Below are positions 28,701 through 37,370 of a DNA stretch of 64,000 nucleotides, one piece after another (position 1 is the first letter of the stretch; every line of letters begins with the position of its first letter). The notes beneath the pieces are model-generated. The model was not told the origin of the DNA, did not search any database, and saw nothing but the letters and a program-made list of their open reading frames with translations. Source of the DNA: Saprospira grandis str. Lewin (GTDB taxonomy: Bacteria > Bacteroidota > Bacteroidia > Chitinophagales > Saprospiraceae); the NCBI RefSeq assembly GCF_000250635.1, contig NC_016940.1:1416995-1480994 (forward strand). Reading direction: 5' to 3'. A program made the translations under genes and the position numbers.

Positions 28701-31700
28701 TAGCCATTTTGGCAATATAGAGCCAGTTATCATAATCGAGATCATAGCCTTCACGGTACTCCTTAGATTGGCCAATAGAAGCAGCTTGAGCGCTATCATT
28801 TTCATAGCCATCAATCATTTGAGAGAGCGCTTGGCCTCTAAAATTATCATATTGGCTAGCTTGGCGACCAGCATTATAGCCTTGATAATAATGCTCTTGC
28901 GCTCCGGCTTCTTTTTGTTTGCCTGTCATGGCATCATCATAGCCAGCAAAATACAGTTTTCCTTCTCTGGCACCAGCGGCGCTGCCCACCTCATAGCCTT
29001 TTTCGAAGGCGGCTTCTAGCTTTTTGGTATCTGCTTTTCCTTGCATTTCCTCTTCAATCACCTTAGCCAGGCCTTTCTTTTTATTGGTCCAGGCTTCTTC
29101 TGGTGTTTGGCTGGGGCGTTCTTTAGCGGTAGCGCTCTCGTATTTAAACCAGAGGCCATAGCCATATTCCCAGCCTTTTTCGACATAATCGACACCGCCA
29201 GACGTTGCGCCAAACTCCTCCTTTGCATTTCGGATAGTTTGCGCTTCTTCTCGCTCCTCTTTAGTTTGGGCCTGTTTGCCTGCATTATTTCCGCTGTATA
29301 CCGTTTGGTTGTAGCCGACATAAAAACCTTTTTCGAACTCCTCCCCTTCTGCTTTTGCATTGGCAAAAGCCTCTTTGACCTTGGCATCGACCTCGGCCTT
29401 TTTCTCGGGCTTGCCAATAGCTGCTTGATAGTGCTGATAGAAGAGCCCGCCCATATGTCGGCCGGCCTCATAGCCTTTTGCCTTAGGGCTATCGGCGGCT
29501 ACAGACATCTCTTTATCGACTAGCTTTTGCTTTTCGACATTATAGTTCGTATTGAAAGCATGATAATAGCCTGTGCTGAACTCTTTTTTGACATTTTCAT
29601 CATTGAGTTGCGCCTTAATTGTGGCTAAGTTCTCTTCAATTTTTTCAATTTTGGCCGTTAGTTCCTCTTTTTTAGCGGGATCTTCAGTTGCCTTAAGTTC
29701 CTTTTTATATTTATCGAGATTAACGGTAGCGGCTGCGGCAATTTTACCAATATCTTGGCCCTTCTTATACTCTACACTATTGGTTTTGGCCTTTTGTTCA
29801 TTATCGAGCTTTTGCTGCTTAAACTGATTATAAGAGGCATTAAAAGCGTGATAATAGCCTACCTCAAAGCTTTTCTTTTGCTCTGCGGTTTGTTCTTTAT
29901 CCTTTCCTTCTGCAAAATACTGTTTAGCTGAATCGGGGACTGGGGGAAGATTCTCGCCCAATTCGGAGAGGGGCAGGCTTCCTTTGAGGACCTGCGTCGC
30001 TTTTTCTTTAGAAGACATAGCGGCAAGGGTGCCTAAAACATGGCCCACTGCATAATGAGGATCTTTTTTACGCTCATCTTTTTCCGCCTGAACCTTTGTC
30101 TCTTTGCCCTTCATATAAGAGGCATTAAAGCCATGATAAAAGGCTCTAGAATAAAGCTTTTTGGGATCTTCCGCAATAGGTTGACCGGAACTATCCTTAT
30201 TGGCTTTGGCGTAAGTGGCGGCTTGTTGGCCCTCCTCCTTGCTCATGCCTTCGGGAGCCTTGCCTTGGCCTTGGGCCAAACCAATATTATAGCCTAGTTC
30301 ATAGCCTTTGCGATAAGTGGGATTTTCCATCAGCTCTGCGGGGCCGGGCATTGACTTTTTGACAGCGGCGGCTCGGGCCTGCATATAGACCGCATTAAAG
30401 GCGCGATAATAAGCGACTTGATAGGTTTTAGAGCGGCTTTTCATGGCCGCTTTAATTTCTTTTACTCTTTCCTTATCCTCGGCCTTATTGCTATTACTTT
30501 TCACGGCAGATTCAGTCCCATCCTTAGTGCCTTCTTGGGCTTCGGGATCGGTTGCCATTTTTTGTTGTTCTTCTATTTGGGCGGCCTCCACCTTTAGTTT
30601 TTGGCCTTCTGGATAGCCTTGATTAAAGCCCTGATAAAAGCCCGTTTGGTACTTTTTGCTTTTGCTAGCCATCACCTCTTTTTGGGCGGCCACATAAGCA
30701 TCTGCGGTTTCGCCTTCTGCAAAGGGCGTTACATTCATTTTGCCAGACTCATCGGTAGTCACTTTTTTGCCCAGGCCGCCAGAGCGGCCAACATCTAAAC
30801 CAAAGGCTCGGCCAGCTTCTAATTCTTGGGCCTCTGCACTTTCTTCGGCAGTTTGGGCCACGGGGCCCATATTCATACGGGCGGCAAAGGCGGCACCGAC
30901 CTCCTCGCCTTTTTGCTCGCCGGTAGTTGCATTGGCGGGGGCTTCGCCTCCTGCGGCAGAGTTTTGCTGTTTATTTTGGGGATTGCCCGTTGGGCTAGTT
31001 TCTCCAGTTGATTTATCTCCGCCTTTTGCTCCTGTTTTTGCGCCCACCTTAGCTTCTTCGGGGCTGACCTCCGTATTCATTTGGCTAGCTTGGCGAGCGA
31101 TTTCCTCTGACTTTGCCTCTGTATTTTCGCTGCTATTTTCGCTACTGCCCTCCTCTGTTTCTCCTTCGGCCAGGGTTTCTTCTAGGGCCGCTTTGAGTTC
31201 TGCTGCTGCGGCGGTGGCCTTATCTTCAGCAAGAGTTTCCTCTATAGCGGCATCTAGCTCTGTTTCATTAAAGCTAGGGACTTCTTGGCCTAGGGTGGCG
31301 GCAATTTCGGCATCTAATTCGGCCTCATTGAAGGCGGCGCCTAGAGGCGGCATTTCTGGACCTTCCTCGGCGGTGGTTGTTGTTTCCTTGCCTGCGTTTT
31401 CTTCCTCTCCTCCTTCTTGCAAGCTAATCCCTTCGGCTAGTTTTTCGATACCACTATTGAGGCTAGCGGCAGATAATTGTTCATTGAGGGGATTTGCGGA
31501 TTCGTTTAGGGGTTGGCTAAACTCCTCTTGAGTGCTTTCTTGATGAAAGCCTTCGGCCGCAGTTTGGACCACCGCATTAGCTTGGCTATTGAGTTGTTCG
31601 CCCGCAGATTGAACAGACTGCAACTCTTCATTGGCCTCAAATTCCTCGAGGCTTTGGTAGAGTTGTTCGTAAATGCGTTGATTTTCTTGCGAAGAATTTT

Positions 31701-31716
31701 GATTTCCCTTAGACAT
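25777..31716 (-). CDS. giant (1979 aa) acidic, coiled-coil-like repeat protein of unknown function
   Basis: Long uninterrupted ORF with no signal peptide. Composition is rich in E, K, A, Q and G. About 25 degenerate repeats of G-[YF]-[YF]-x-[AG]-[FY]-N-x-x-Y (for example GYYHAFNASYN, AFYHGFNASYMKG, GFYQGFNQGY, GYQQGYLAATN) spaced about 40-70 aa apart. Confidence 0.7.
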   Translation of the reverse strand: MSKGNQNSSQENQRIYEQLYQSLEEFEANEELQSVQSAGEQLNSQANAVVQTAAEGFHQESTQEEFSQPLNESANPLNEQLSAASLNSGIEKLAEGISLQEGGEEENAGKETTTTAEEGPEMPPLGAAFNEAELDAEIAATLGQEVPSFNETELDAAIEETLAEDKATAAAAELKAALEETLAEGETEEGSSENSSENTEAKSEEIARQASQMNTEVSPEEAKVGAKTGAKGGDKSTGETSPTGNPQNKQQNSAAGGEAPANATTGEQKGEEVGAAFAARMNMGPVAQTAEESAEAQELEAGRAFGLDVGRSGGLGKKVTTDESGKMNVTPFAEGETADAYVAAQKEVMASKSKKYQTGFYQGFNQGYPEGQKLKVEAAQIEEQQKMATDPEAQEGTKDGTESAVKSNSNKAEDKERVKEIKAAMKSRSKTYQVAYYRAFNAVYMQARAAAVKKSMPGPAELMENPTYRKGYELGYNIGLAQGQGKAPEGMSKEEGQQAATYAKANKDSSGQPIAEDPKKLYSRAFYHGFNASYMKGKETKVQAEKDERKKDPHYAVGHVLGTLAAMSSKEKATQVLKGSLPLSELGENLPPVPDSAKQYFAEGKDKEQTAEQKKSFEVGYYHAFNASYNQFKQQKLDNEQKAKTNSVEYKKGQDIGKIAAAATVNLDKYKKELKATEDPAKKEELTAKIEKIEENLATIKAQLNDENVKKEFSTGYYHAFNTNYNVEKQKLVDKEMSVAADSPKAKGYEAGRHMGGLFYQHYQAAIGKPEKKAEVDAKVKEAFANAKAEGEEFEKGFYVGYNQTVYSGNNAGKQAQTKEEREEAQTIRNAKEEFGATSGGVDYVEKGWEYGYGLWFKYESATAKERPSQTPEEAWTNKKKGLAKVIEEEMQGKADTKKLEAAFEKGYEVGSAAGAREGKLYFAGYDDAMTGKQKEAGAQEHYYQGYNAGRQASQYDNFRGQALSQMIDGYENDSAQAASIGQSKEYREGYDLDYDNWLYIAKMASGQLTEELSGSLKLYGDEEAPEAQTAEAAKAQANEILAQKAAKMQAALAKKRKELEEQAQKTAANTKKGSSNEDPQAEVDRQMTEIEKGYQQALDDATAKVAKEDNAEKARQDGLLFGYQSLEGYPPLAGQEEALAAAAGKDAEYAQADKNTLAAFNAGRAEGYKMAQMLQAGLISTEEVSRKMQGGGHDRGYQLGQETARKDIEAHKKALLNGESFEATKETVAAELDAPTQEGFLEGYQYLFDKGEAYNLGYQQGYLAATNEKEGDNFEELSYTPKDPSLSYASELEGQFHLGRTNGRQDGLNQTIKGETKKSGSVLDQRIEELRSTLGDAYASAYEKGYAYGRDQRQASPSQMANLQGEFEANGVPTMLEDLKAFVPQIIQAAKESGQAAAEELEDSQIPALLAQIEGQAQSLLSFDQNATPLENYQELSAELSKQAEGLLSEQLSNEEKQFLRSAIAEWEKQLQNFKEGYIRGARKGLVEGINNSDTAEEGAALAEATDYQNQLLAAAGNVGQDKYVLGYEKARELLIDDSYKSPNASSAEMEKGRYRLVGEMRKALNELIKKEKSEALQQTSASEEDKALATEVTNAYKDLERIFGQEHPTALAPGQNQNDYIEDQVLALQTEYDNFIAELDKEGKRSLDKSIRKQLKANFQALYQSQIQPFFQQYKEGFQAGYTAGIQEVLAGNTGVDGVGSGNAEYSAVEKIHEQLEAGLIEDGDVNSLSLLNQYDPVLDLLFEYTDVVAQDQELFYSAEDATLDLQDQIKEKTIAKEGLEARENQLSAEEQSELEEIRAELDELQEELEMAQEEHFEAFEELNMVYEGIEDQLGFTKGGSSEPKALLDYLSMTNDEFTLQGSYSYQDSQLQIQGNGAFYTSDSQANWLHQAAVEFQIADLKFSSNSFEYLESSREVKLQAGQFSVPVEDGGNSRDITVDFASLSLKAGESLINQLEVQMDLGAGLNGGGLMENDLN

Positions 31717-31859
31717 AACTTATAAGGCTTAATTTGGAGCAAGGTAAAGGTATTGCATAGGCCCTAACAAATTACTAACAAAAGGGCCCTTTGCCAAAAC
31801 AAAGACTATATATTTTTCTTTTCTTTTCCGAATTGCGTACTTAGCAGTTCTTTGGGGGC

Positions 31860-32030
31860 CATTTGCGCTTATTTTTGGCCTAGCGATGTGCAGGGGTGGC
31901 CGATAGGCCAGACCAAGGCGGCTTTGCCGCCGCAGGGCCGAGCGAATAGCGAGCCCCGAAACGTAGCGCCGCAAGCGGCCCAATGAGCGATAGCGAATAG
32001 AGGGCCGCGCAGCGGAGGCCCCAAATCAAA
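31860..32030 (-). repeat. dispersed GC-rich repeat, reverse orientation
   Basis: GGCCTAGCGATGTGCAGGGGTGGCC...GGCCAGACC...GGGCCGAGCGAATAGCGAGCCCCGAAACGTAGCGCC...GGAGGCCCCAAA. Confidence 0.75.
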
Positions 32031-32042
32031 AATAAAAAGAAT

Positions 32043-32549
32043 TTGAAGATGAACAGCAAGAAAATTTGGAGCTTAGGCGCTTTACTTTTGTTGACGGTTA
32101 GCCTAAAGGCGCAGATTGTAGACAACAGTCATTTGGTGAACCTCAAGGAGGTGCTTCCCTATGTTTATATTTTTTACGGCCTGACCTTTTTGGCCCTTAG
32201 TTTATTGATTATGAAGCTCTTGAAGCCTCAAATGAAGACCTACTTTTTGTATGCGGCTTGTATTTTGGGCATTTTGGGGGCAGTTTTCACGAATCAGGCC
32301 TTTAATCGGGTACAAGAAGAGCAGCTGCCGGAGGTAGCGGGCAGTGAAATTCCGAAAGAAGAGATGAGCGATTATAGCCGACAGATGGTGGAGAAACAGG
32401 AGCGGGAAGTGGAGCAGCAAAAGATGGCGAACTTCTGGATTATTGCCATTCCGAACATCATTATGTTGGGTTTGGGGGTAGTTATAGACATAAAAGCCCG
32501 TCAATCGGGGAATGACGGGCAGCTTCGTGGTCGTTATGACGGGATGTAA
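32043..32549 (+). CDS. hypothetical membrane protein
   Basis: 168 aa with a signal/TM N-terminus, three further TM helices and an acidic central loop. Confidence 0.45.
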   Translation: MKMNSKKIWSLGALLLLTVSLKAQIVDNSHLVNLKEVLPYVYIFYGLTFLALSLLIMKLLKPQMKTYFLYAACILGILGAVFTNQAFNRVQEEQLPEVAGSEIPKEEMSDYSRQMVEKQEREVEQQKMANFWIIAIPNIIMLGLGVVIDIKARQSGNDGQLRGRYDGM

Positions 32550-32969
32550 CTAGCGGAGTCGGTCAGAATCCTTAACAAGTTGGTCATCGGCATTGATTGC
32601 GCGGTTGGCCAAGAAAAGGAAAAGCATGGCCAAAACGGGGGTAAACAGCCCTAATCCAGCAGTCACTTCCTCGCTAATGGTCATGCTCCAATAAGAGGCT
32701 AAACCCATAAGGATCAAGCAATTGGCCAAGCTCAAATTATTGAGCAGCATTTGCAATTTTCTGTTTTTAAAGAGGAAGATTGTGCCAAGGCTGAGCAAGG
32801 CGGGAAAGAGGGCTAGGAGTAGCAGGACGAATTGGTCCATCAGGTCATAATCGCCATCTTGCAAGGGGCCTTCAGCCGTGCTGGGGGCCGTACCGAAGGG
32901 AAAAACGAAGAGCAAGGCCAGCGCTAGGGCCGCCAAGAGCATGTAAATAGTTTGAATACGTTGTATCAT
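32550..32969 (-). CDS. hypothetical small polytopic membrane protein
   Basis: 139 aa with four predicted TM helices. Convergent with the previous gene with no spacer. Confidence 0.45.
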   Translation of the reverse strand: MIQRIQTIYMLLAALALALLFVFPFGTAPSTAEGPLQDGDYDLMDQFVLLLLALFPALLSLGTIFLFKNRKLQMLLNNLSLANCLILMGLASYWSMTISEEVTAGLGLFTPVLAMLFLFLANRAINADDQLVKDSDRLR

Positions 32970-33026
32970 AATAATTCGGCTTTTTTTCAGATGAAATCAG
33001 GCCACAAAGTTAATTAATTCAGTTAA

Positions 33027-34202
33027 ATGAACAAGTCTGCCCCCATCTATATCCTAGCAGCAAAGAGGAGTCCTATTGGCCGCCTATATGGGGCTTTGGC
33101 TAGCATTCGGCCCGATGATTTGGGGCTAGCGGTACTGCAAGAGTTCTCCAATTTATCGCCTACGGATCTATCGGCCATTTATGTAGGGGCGGCCAATCAG
33201 GCGGGAGAAGACAACCGCAATTTGGCTCGGCAGCTTGTTTTTTTGGCCCAATGGCCGGCGCATATTTGGGGGATTACGGTCAATAGCCTTTGTAATTCGG
33301 GTTTAGATGCCTGCGTTCAGGCTTTTCGGGCTTTGGCCTTGGGCGAGCAGGAATTGGTCTTGGCTGGGGGCGTAGAAAACATGAGTCGCAGCCCTTTTGT
33401 TCGTCTGCGGAATCAGGAGCAAGAGATAGACAGCAGCATAGGTTGGCGGATGGTCAACCCCCATTTGCCGCCAGTTTATGCGCCCTTGAGTATGCCAGAA
33501 ACTGCGGAGCGTTTGGCCAAAAAAAGAGGCGTTAGTCGGGCCGAACAAGATGCCTACAGCCAGGCGAGTCGAGCTCGTTTTTTGGCGGCCCAAGCGGCGG
33601 GCGCCTTTGATCGGGAGCTGGTTTCGGTCTACAATCGATCGGGAGAGCTGCTCTTAGATCGAGACGAGCAGCCGAGGGCGCTAACGGCTTCTCTTTTGGC
33701 CAAACTGCCGCCTTTGGTCAAAAATGGCCAATTTATTAGCCTGGGGAATTCGGCTCGTTTGGGCGATGGGGCGGCCTTTTTACTCTTGGCTCAGGGCAGT
33801 TATTTGGAGCGAGAAGGGGGGCAGCCACTGGCCCAGGTAGTGGCTTGGACAAGCATGGCCTTGCCTCCCGAAGATATGGGCGAGGCCCAAATTATGGCCG
33901 TTCAGCAATTGCTTCGGCAGCAGGGACTCTCGGCTAATGAGATTGATTTTTTTGAGTTTGCCGAGTCTTTTGCGCTTCAAGGCGTTTTGGCTCAAAAGGC
34001 CCTAAATCTACGGCCCGATCAGCTGAATCCCTATGGCGGCAGTTTGAGTATGGGCAACCCTTTGGGCATGGGTGGCGCCCGAATTTTGGTCTCTTTGGCC
34101 CATGCTTTGGCCCGTCGGCCCAAGGCCAAATACGCTATTGGAGCAAGTTCGGCGGGTTTGGGGCTGGGCACTGCCGTTTTATTGAAGAAATATATTGACT
34201 AA
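33027..34202 (+). CDS. acetyl-CoA C-acetyltransferase / 3-ketoacyl-CoA thiolase
   Basis: 391 aa. Thiolase motifs VNSLCNSGLDA (active-site Cys), GGVENMS, and C-terminal His/Cys segments. Confidence 0.85.
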   Translation: MNKSAPIYILAAKRSPIGRLYGALASIRPDDLGLAVLQEFSNLSPTDLSAIYVGAANQAGEDNRNLARQLVFLAQWPAHIWGITVNSLCNSGLDACVQAFRALALGEQELVLAGGVENMSRSPFVRLRNQEQEIDSSIGWRMVNPHLPPVYAPLSMPETAERLAKKRGVSRAEQDAYSQASRARFLAAQAAGAFDRELVSVYNRSGELLLDRDEQPRALTASLLAKLPPLVKNGQFISLGNSARLGDGAAFLLLAQGSYLEREGGQPLAQVVAWTSMALPPEDMGEAQIMAVQQLLRQQGLSANEIDFFEFAESFALQGVLAQKALNLRPDQLNPYGGSLSMGNPLGMGGARILVSLAHALARRPKAKYAIGASSAGLGLGTAVLLKKYID

Positions 34203-34215
34203 AATTAGAACTTAT

Positions 34216-35193
34216 CTACTGCATCAATACATCCATCACTCGATTTGGATAATCACTAATGATTCCGTCTAAGGGATAAGCTAACATGGCTTCTATATCT
34301 GCCGTTTCATTAACGGTCCAAGGAATGAGCTGCATCTTATGGCCCTTGACCCAATCTACCAAAGTATCATTGACCATAGAGAAATGGCAGCTGTAAATCT
34401 CTGGCGTAAAACCTAGCTCATCCAGATCTTTTTGCGGATCATCCGTCTCTTCTACCAACATAGATATCGGCATTTTGGGGCGCTTCTGATGGACCAATCG
34501 CAGGGTTTCCCAATCAAAAGCCTGAATATTCGCATGCCCCGATATACCCGCACTATCTATAGCCGCCAAAACCAAATCCACAAATTCTTCTACTGGCGGA
34601 CAATAACGGCCATCATATTCTGGCAATCGCTTAATTTCTATATTATAATGTATGGGCTTTTCTAATTCGGCCTTCATCTCAAATAAATTTACCGACTTCA
34701 CCACATCCAACAAACGAGGCTTGATCACTTTCATCTTCTGCTGAGTCGGAAAGTATGGATGGGGCAAACTCCCACAGTCATATTTAATCAGCTCCGAATA
34801 AGGCATTTTGTAGATATTAAAGCGCCGCTCTTCATTTGGCCCAATTGGACGCCCATCCAATTTATTGGCCAACAGATGCGAGACCCAAGGCTCATGCGAA
34901 ACAACGACTTGGCTGTCTTGGGTCACTACCACATCCAACTCTAAGGTCCGAACACCCAACTCTAAAGCCTTCATAAAGGCCGGAATGCTATTTTCGGGCA
35001 TCAAGCCACGGCAGCCTCTATGGCCCTGTATATCAATCTCTCTAAATTTAAAACTACTCATTTTAGGGCGTTTGGGCTCCGCCTCTACTTGCTCTTTCTC
35101 GCCCTCCTGCGGCTCCGAGACGTTAGCACAACTGTAAAGGCCAAAAAATAGGGGCAAAAGCCAAAGTAAAAAAGTATTTTGTCGCTTCATCAT
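34216..35193 (-). CDS. glycerophosphodiester phosphodiesterase (GDPD family) lipoprotein
   Basis: 325 aa. Lipobox LYSC. GHRGCRGLMPENSIPAF ... LELDV catalytic motifs. Confidence 0.8.
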   Translation of the reverse strand: MMKRQNTFLLWLLPLFFGLYSCANVSEPQEGEKEQVEAEPKRPKMSSFKFREIDIQGHRGCRGLMPENSIPAFMKALELGVRTLELDVVVTQDSQVVVSHEPWVSHLLANKLDGRPIGPNEERRFNIYKMPYSELIKYDCGSLPHPYFPTQQKMKVIKPRLLDVVKSVNLFEMKAELEKPIHYNIEIKRLPEYDGRYCPPVEEFVDLVLAAIDSAGISGHANIQAFDWETLRLVHQKRPKMPISMLVEETDDPQKDLDELGFTPEIYSCHFSMVNDTLVDWVKGHKMQLIPWTVNETADIEAMLAYPLDGIISDYPNRVMDVLMQ

Positions 35194-35234
35194 GGTCTAT
35201 CTAATTTGATTGTCTTTCTTTCGTATTTTTGGGG

Positions 35235-35420
35235 CGATTTGGGGCCTCCCGCCTTCGGCGGGCGCTACGCTTTGGGGCTCGCAGGTCTGCTCGGCCCTGC
35301 GGCGGCTGCGCCGCCTGGGTCTGGCCTGACGGCCACCCCGCCGCATCGCTAGGCCAATTGGCCCCTTGGGCCAAAGGCGGCTTCGCCGCCTTGCCAACGA
35401 AAAATATACTTCCAACAAAA
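35235..35420 (+). repeat. dispersed GC-rich repeat, forward orientation
   Basis: GGGGCCTCCCGCCTTCGGCGGGCGCTACGCTTTGGGGCTCGCAGGTCTGCTCGGCCCTGCGGCGGCTGCGCCGCCTGGGTCTGGCC...CACCCCGCCGCATCGCTAGGCC. Confidence 0.75.
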
Positions 35421-35436
35421 TACAAAATCCCTAGAG

Positions 35437-36216
35437 ATGTCTAGAGCTATCTTCTTGCTTTTTATGGCTTTTAGTACTAGCCTTTTGGCCCAAGCCCCCA
35501 TTACTACCGTCAATAAAATTATTTTGGACCAAGAGATTCTCTTAGATCAAAAACAGAAGCGCAGCCACAGCAAACAAATAGAACTGCCCTTAGTACCCGA
35601 GTTCTGGACACAGTTCGAGTCGATTAAATCCGCCCAACTGCTATTTTATATTTATGCAGAAAGCAGTGGACAAGCGCAGTTTGAAGCCGATAGCCTAGCC
35701 CAGCTCTCCGAACTCCGCCCAGTCCTACAATGGGCCCAAGGCAAGCAAATTTTTAATCGGCCCGCAGGCCAACAACTCCCCTATGGCATCGAATGGGCCA
35801 TCCTTAAAGATCCCGCTAAAGAAAAATGCCTGAAACGCTACCACAAAAAGGGAATTACCCCCGCTGGCTGGTGGAAGCGCTGCATCCTTAAACGCGATTA
35901 TTTTATTTCCCCCAATTATTATAGCCCAGTCTATAGCCTCCCCAGATCGATCTACTTAAAAGAAGTGCCTCAAAGTTTGCCCCTGCTGCTCAGAACCAGC
36001 GCCAAAAGCGATACCGTCCGCCTGAGAATTCAAGCAGTGCTGCGCCTCAAGGGCAAACGCAAAGCCTATGAGGATTTAGACCAAAGCCTGCGTACGGGCC
36101 AAGAGGGCCGCCAACTGATAACAGACCCGCGCCCCAACGTTGCCGTCCCATTCCGTAGCAGAACCTACCTCGCAGAGATCAAAACCAATGAGCTCTTTCC
36201 CAGCCTGGGCCAATAG
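35437..36216 (+). CDS. hypothetical secreted protein
   Basis: 259 aa with signal peptide MSRAIFLLFMAFSTSLLAQA. Its 3' 140 nt overlap the convergent ureohydrolase gene, so its true end is uncertain. Confidence 0.4.
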   Translation: MSRAIFLLFMAFSTSLLAQAPITTVNKIILDQEILLDQKQKRSHSKQIELPLVPEFWTQFESIKSAQLLFYIYAESSGQAQFEADSLAQLSELRPVLQWAQGKQIFNRPAGQQLPYGIEWAILKDPAKEKCLKRYHKKGITPAGWWKRCILKRDYFISPNYYSPVYSLPRSIYLKEVPQSLPLLLRTSAKSDTVRLRIQAVLRLKGKRKAYEDLDQSLRTGQEGRQLITDPRPNVAVPFRSRTYLAEIKTNELFPSLGQ

Positions 36217-37149
36217 CTCAAAAATATAGCTGACCTCGGCCAGATCAAAGCCCCCCACGACTGGTGTGCCTGTATTGGGACAAAGTTCTGGACGTAGACC
36301 ATCTATATCAAAGCTGATGTATATTTTCTGGGGCAAACTCTTGATAAATGGCAAGACCAACTCTTCAAAGCTGAGCCCCCGCATTTTTCCACGGGCCAAG
36401 TCTTGGTCAAAGAGGACCTGAATGCGCTCGCCTTGCTGCTTGATGTAATCTACCTCCTCATGGCAGTAGTCTCGAATGCCCATTTGGACCAAGGACAGCT
36501 TGGGCATCTGCTCCAAAGCATTATAAAAAATAGAGGCATGAGAGTAGGTAAAGCCCTCATAAGCTTCTCGCAAATCGCAATGGGCATCTATTTGCAAAAT
36601 AGCAAAGCCCTCTTCATGCCGCTCGGCCAAGGCCCGCAAATAACCCAAGGGCGTAGAATGATCGCCCCCCAATAAACCAACATATTTACCCTGCGCTAGC
36701 AAATCCTTAGCCTGCTGATAGACCCAGTTTTCTAGTTTTTCGCAGGCAGAGTTCACCGCCAAGCGAGCGGCTTCATTGCCGCCTTCGCCAGCTTCTAAAG
36801 CATCTATATGCCGACTGGCCAAGCTTCTGGCCGCCTGACTTTGGGCCAAGATCTGCGTATCGGGCTGCCGCATATAAATGCCCATTTTATAGGCATTTGG
36901 GCAGTCGGCCAAATAGAGGTCTAGCTGATAAGAAGCCTCTAGGATATTGGCGGGCCCCTCTGCTGTTCCAGCCGAATAAGAGACGGTTGCCTCCCAAGGA
37001 ACAGGCAAAAGGACCAAATTAGCGCTCTCCTCCGTAAAAGGTAAGCCAATAAAGTTATCGTTCTTTAGGGCAAAGCCACTAGGGTCAAAATCTTGAATAG
37101 ACATGCGTTTATATTTTGGACGAAGTTCGTGCTTTTCCCTTTTTTTCAA
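36076..37149 (-). CDS. arginase/agmatinase/formimidoylglutamase (ureohydrolase) family enzyme
   Basis: Mn-binding motifs GGDHS, DAHCD and SFDIDGLRP. Alternative start ATG at 37104 (MSIQDF). Confidence 0.75.
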   Translation of the reverse strand: MKKREKHELRPKYKRMSIQDFDPSGFALKNDNFIGLPFTEESANLVLLPVPWEATVSYSAGTAEGPANILEASYQLDLYLADCPNAYKMGIYMRQPDTQILAQSQAARSLASRHIDALEAGEGGNEAARLAVNSACEKLENWVYQQAKDLLAQGKYVGLLGGDHSTPLGYLRALAERHEEGFAILQIDAHCDLREAYEGFTYSHASIFYNALEQMPKLSLVQMGIRDYCHEEVDYIKQQGERIQVLFDQDLARGKMRGLSFEELVLPFIKSLPQKIYISFDIDGLRPELCPNTGTPVVGGFDLAEVSYIFELLAQAGKELIGFDLCEVGSATEWDGNVGARVCYQLAALLARTQALV

Positions 37150-37194
37150 AGCAATTTTCTAGAAAAAATTGGCCCTAGAGCGGGCCTTTCTCCA

Positions 37195-37370
37195 GCTCTT
37201 TTTCGGCTAGGGCCAAACAAAAGCGGCCCCCTCTGGCCTAGCGATGTGCAGCAGTGGCCGTCAGGCCAGACCGAAGCCCGAAGGGCTGAAGGGCCGAGCG
37301 AATAGCGAGCTGCGAAACGTAGCGCCGCAAGGCGAAGCCGCAGCGGAGGCCCCAAAAAACATCCCCCTAC
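37195..37370 (-). repeat. dispersed GC-rich repeat, reverse orientation
   Basis: GGCCTAGCGATGTGCAGCAGTGGCCGTCAGGCCAGACC...GGGCCGAGCGAATAGCGAGCTGCGAAACGTAGCGCC...GGAGGCCCCAAAAAA. Confidence 0.75.

Noticed and set aside
27529-31531. Plus-strand ORFs antisense to the giant repeat-protein gene (for example 30740..31531, 263 aa; 29041..29523, 160 aa)
   Set aside because: Low-complexity Ala/Ser/Leu-rich translations produced by the complementary strand of a GAA/GCC-rich gene; no independent support.
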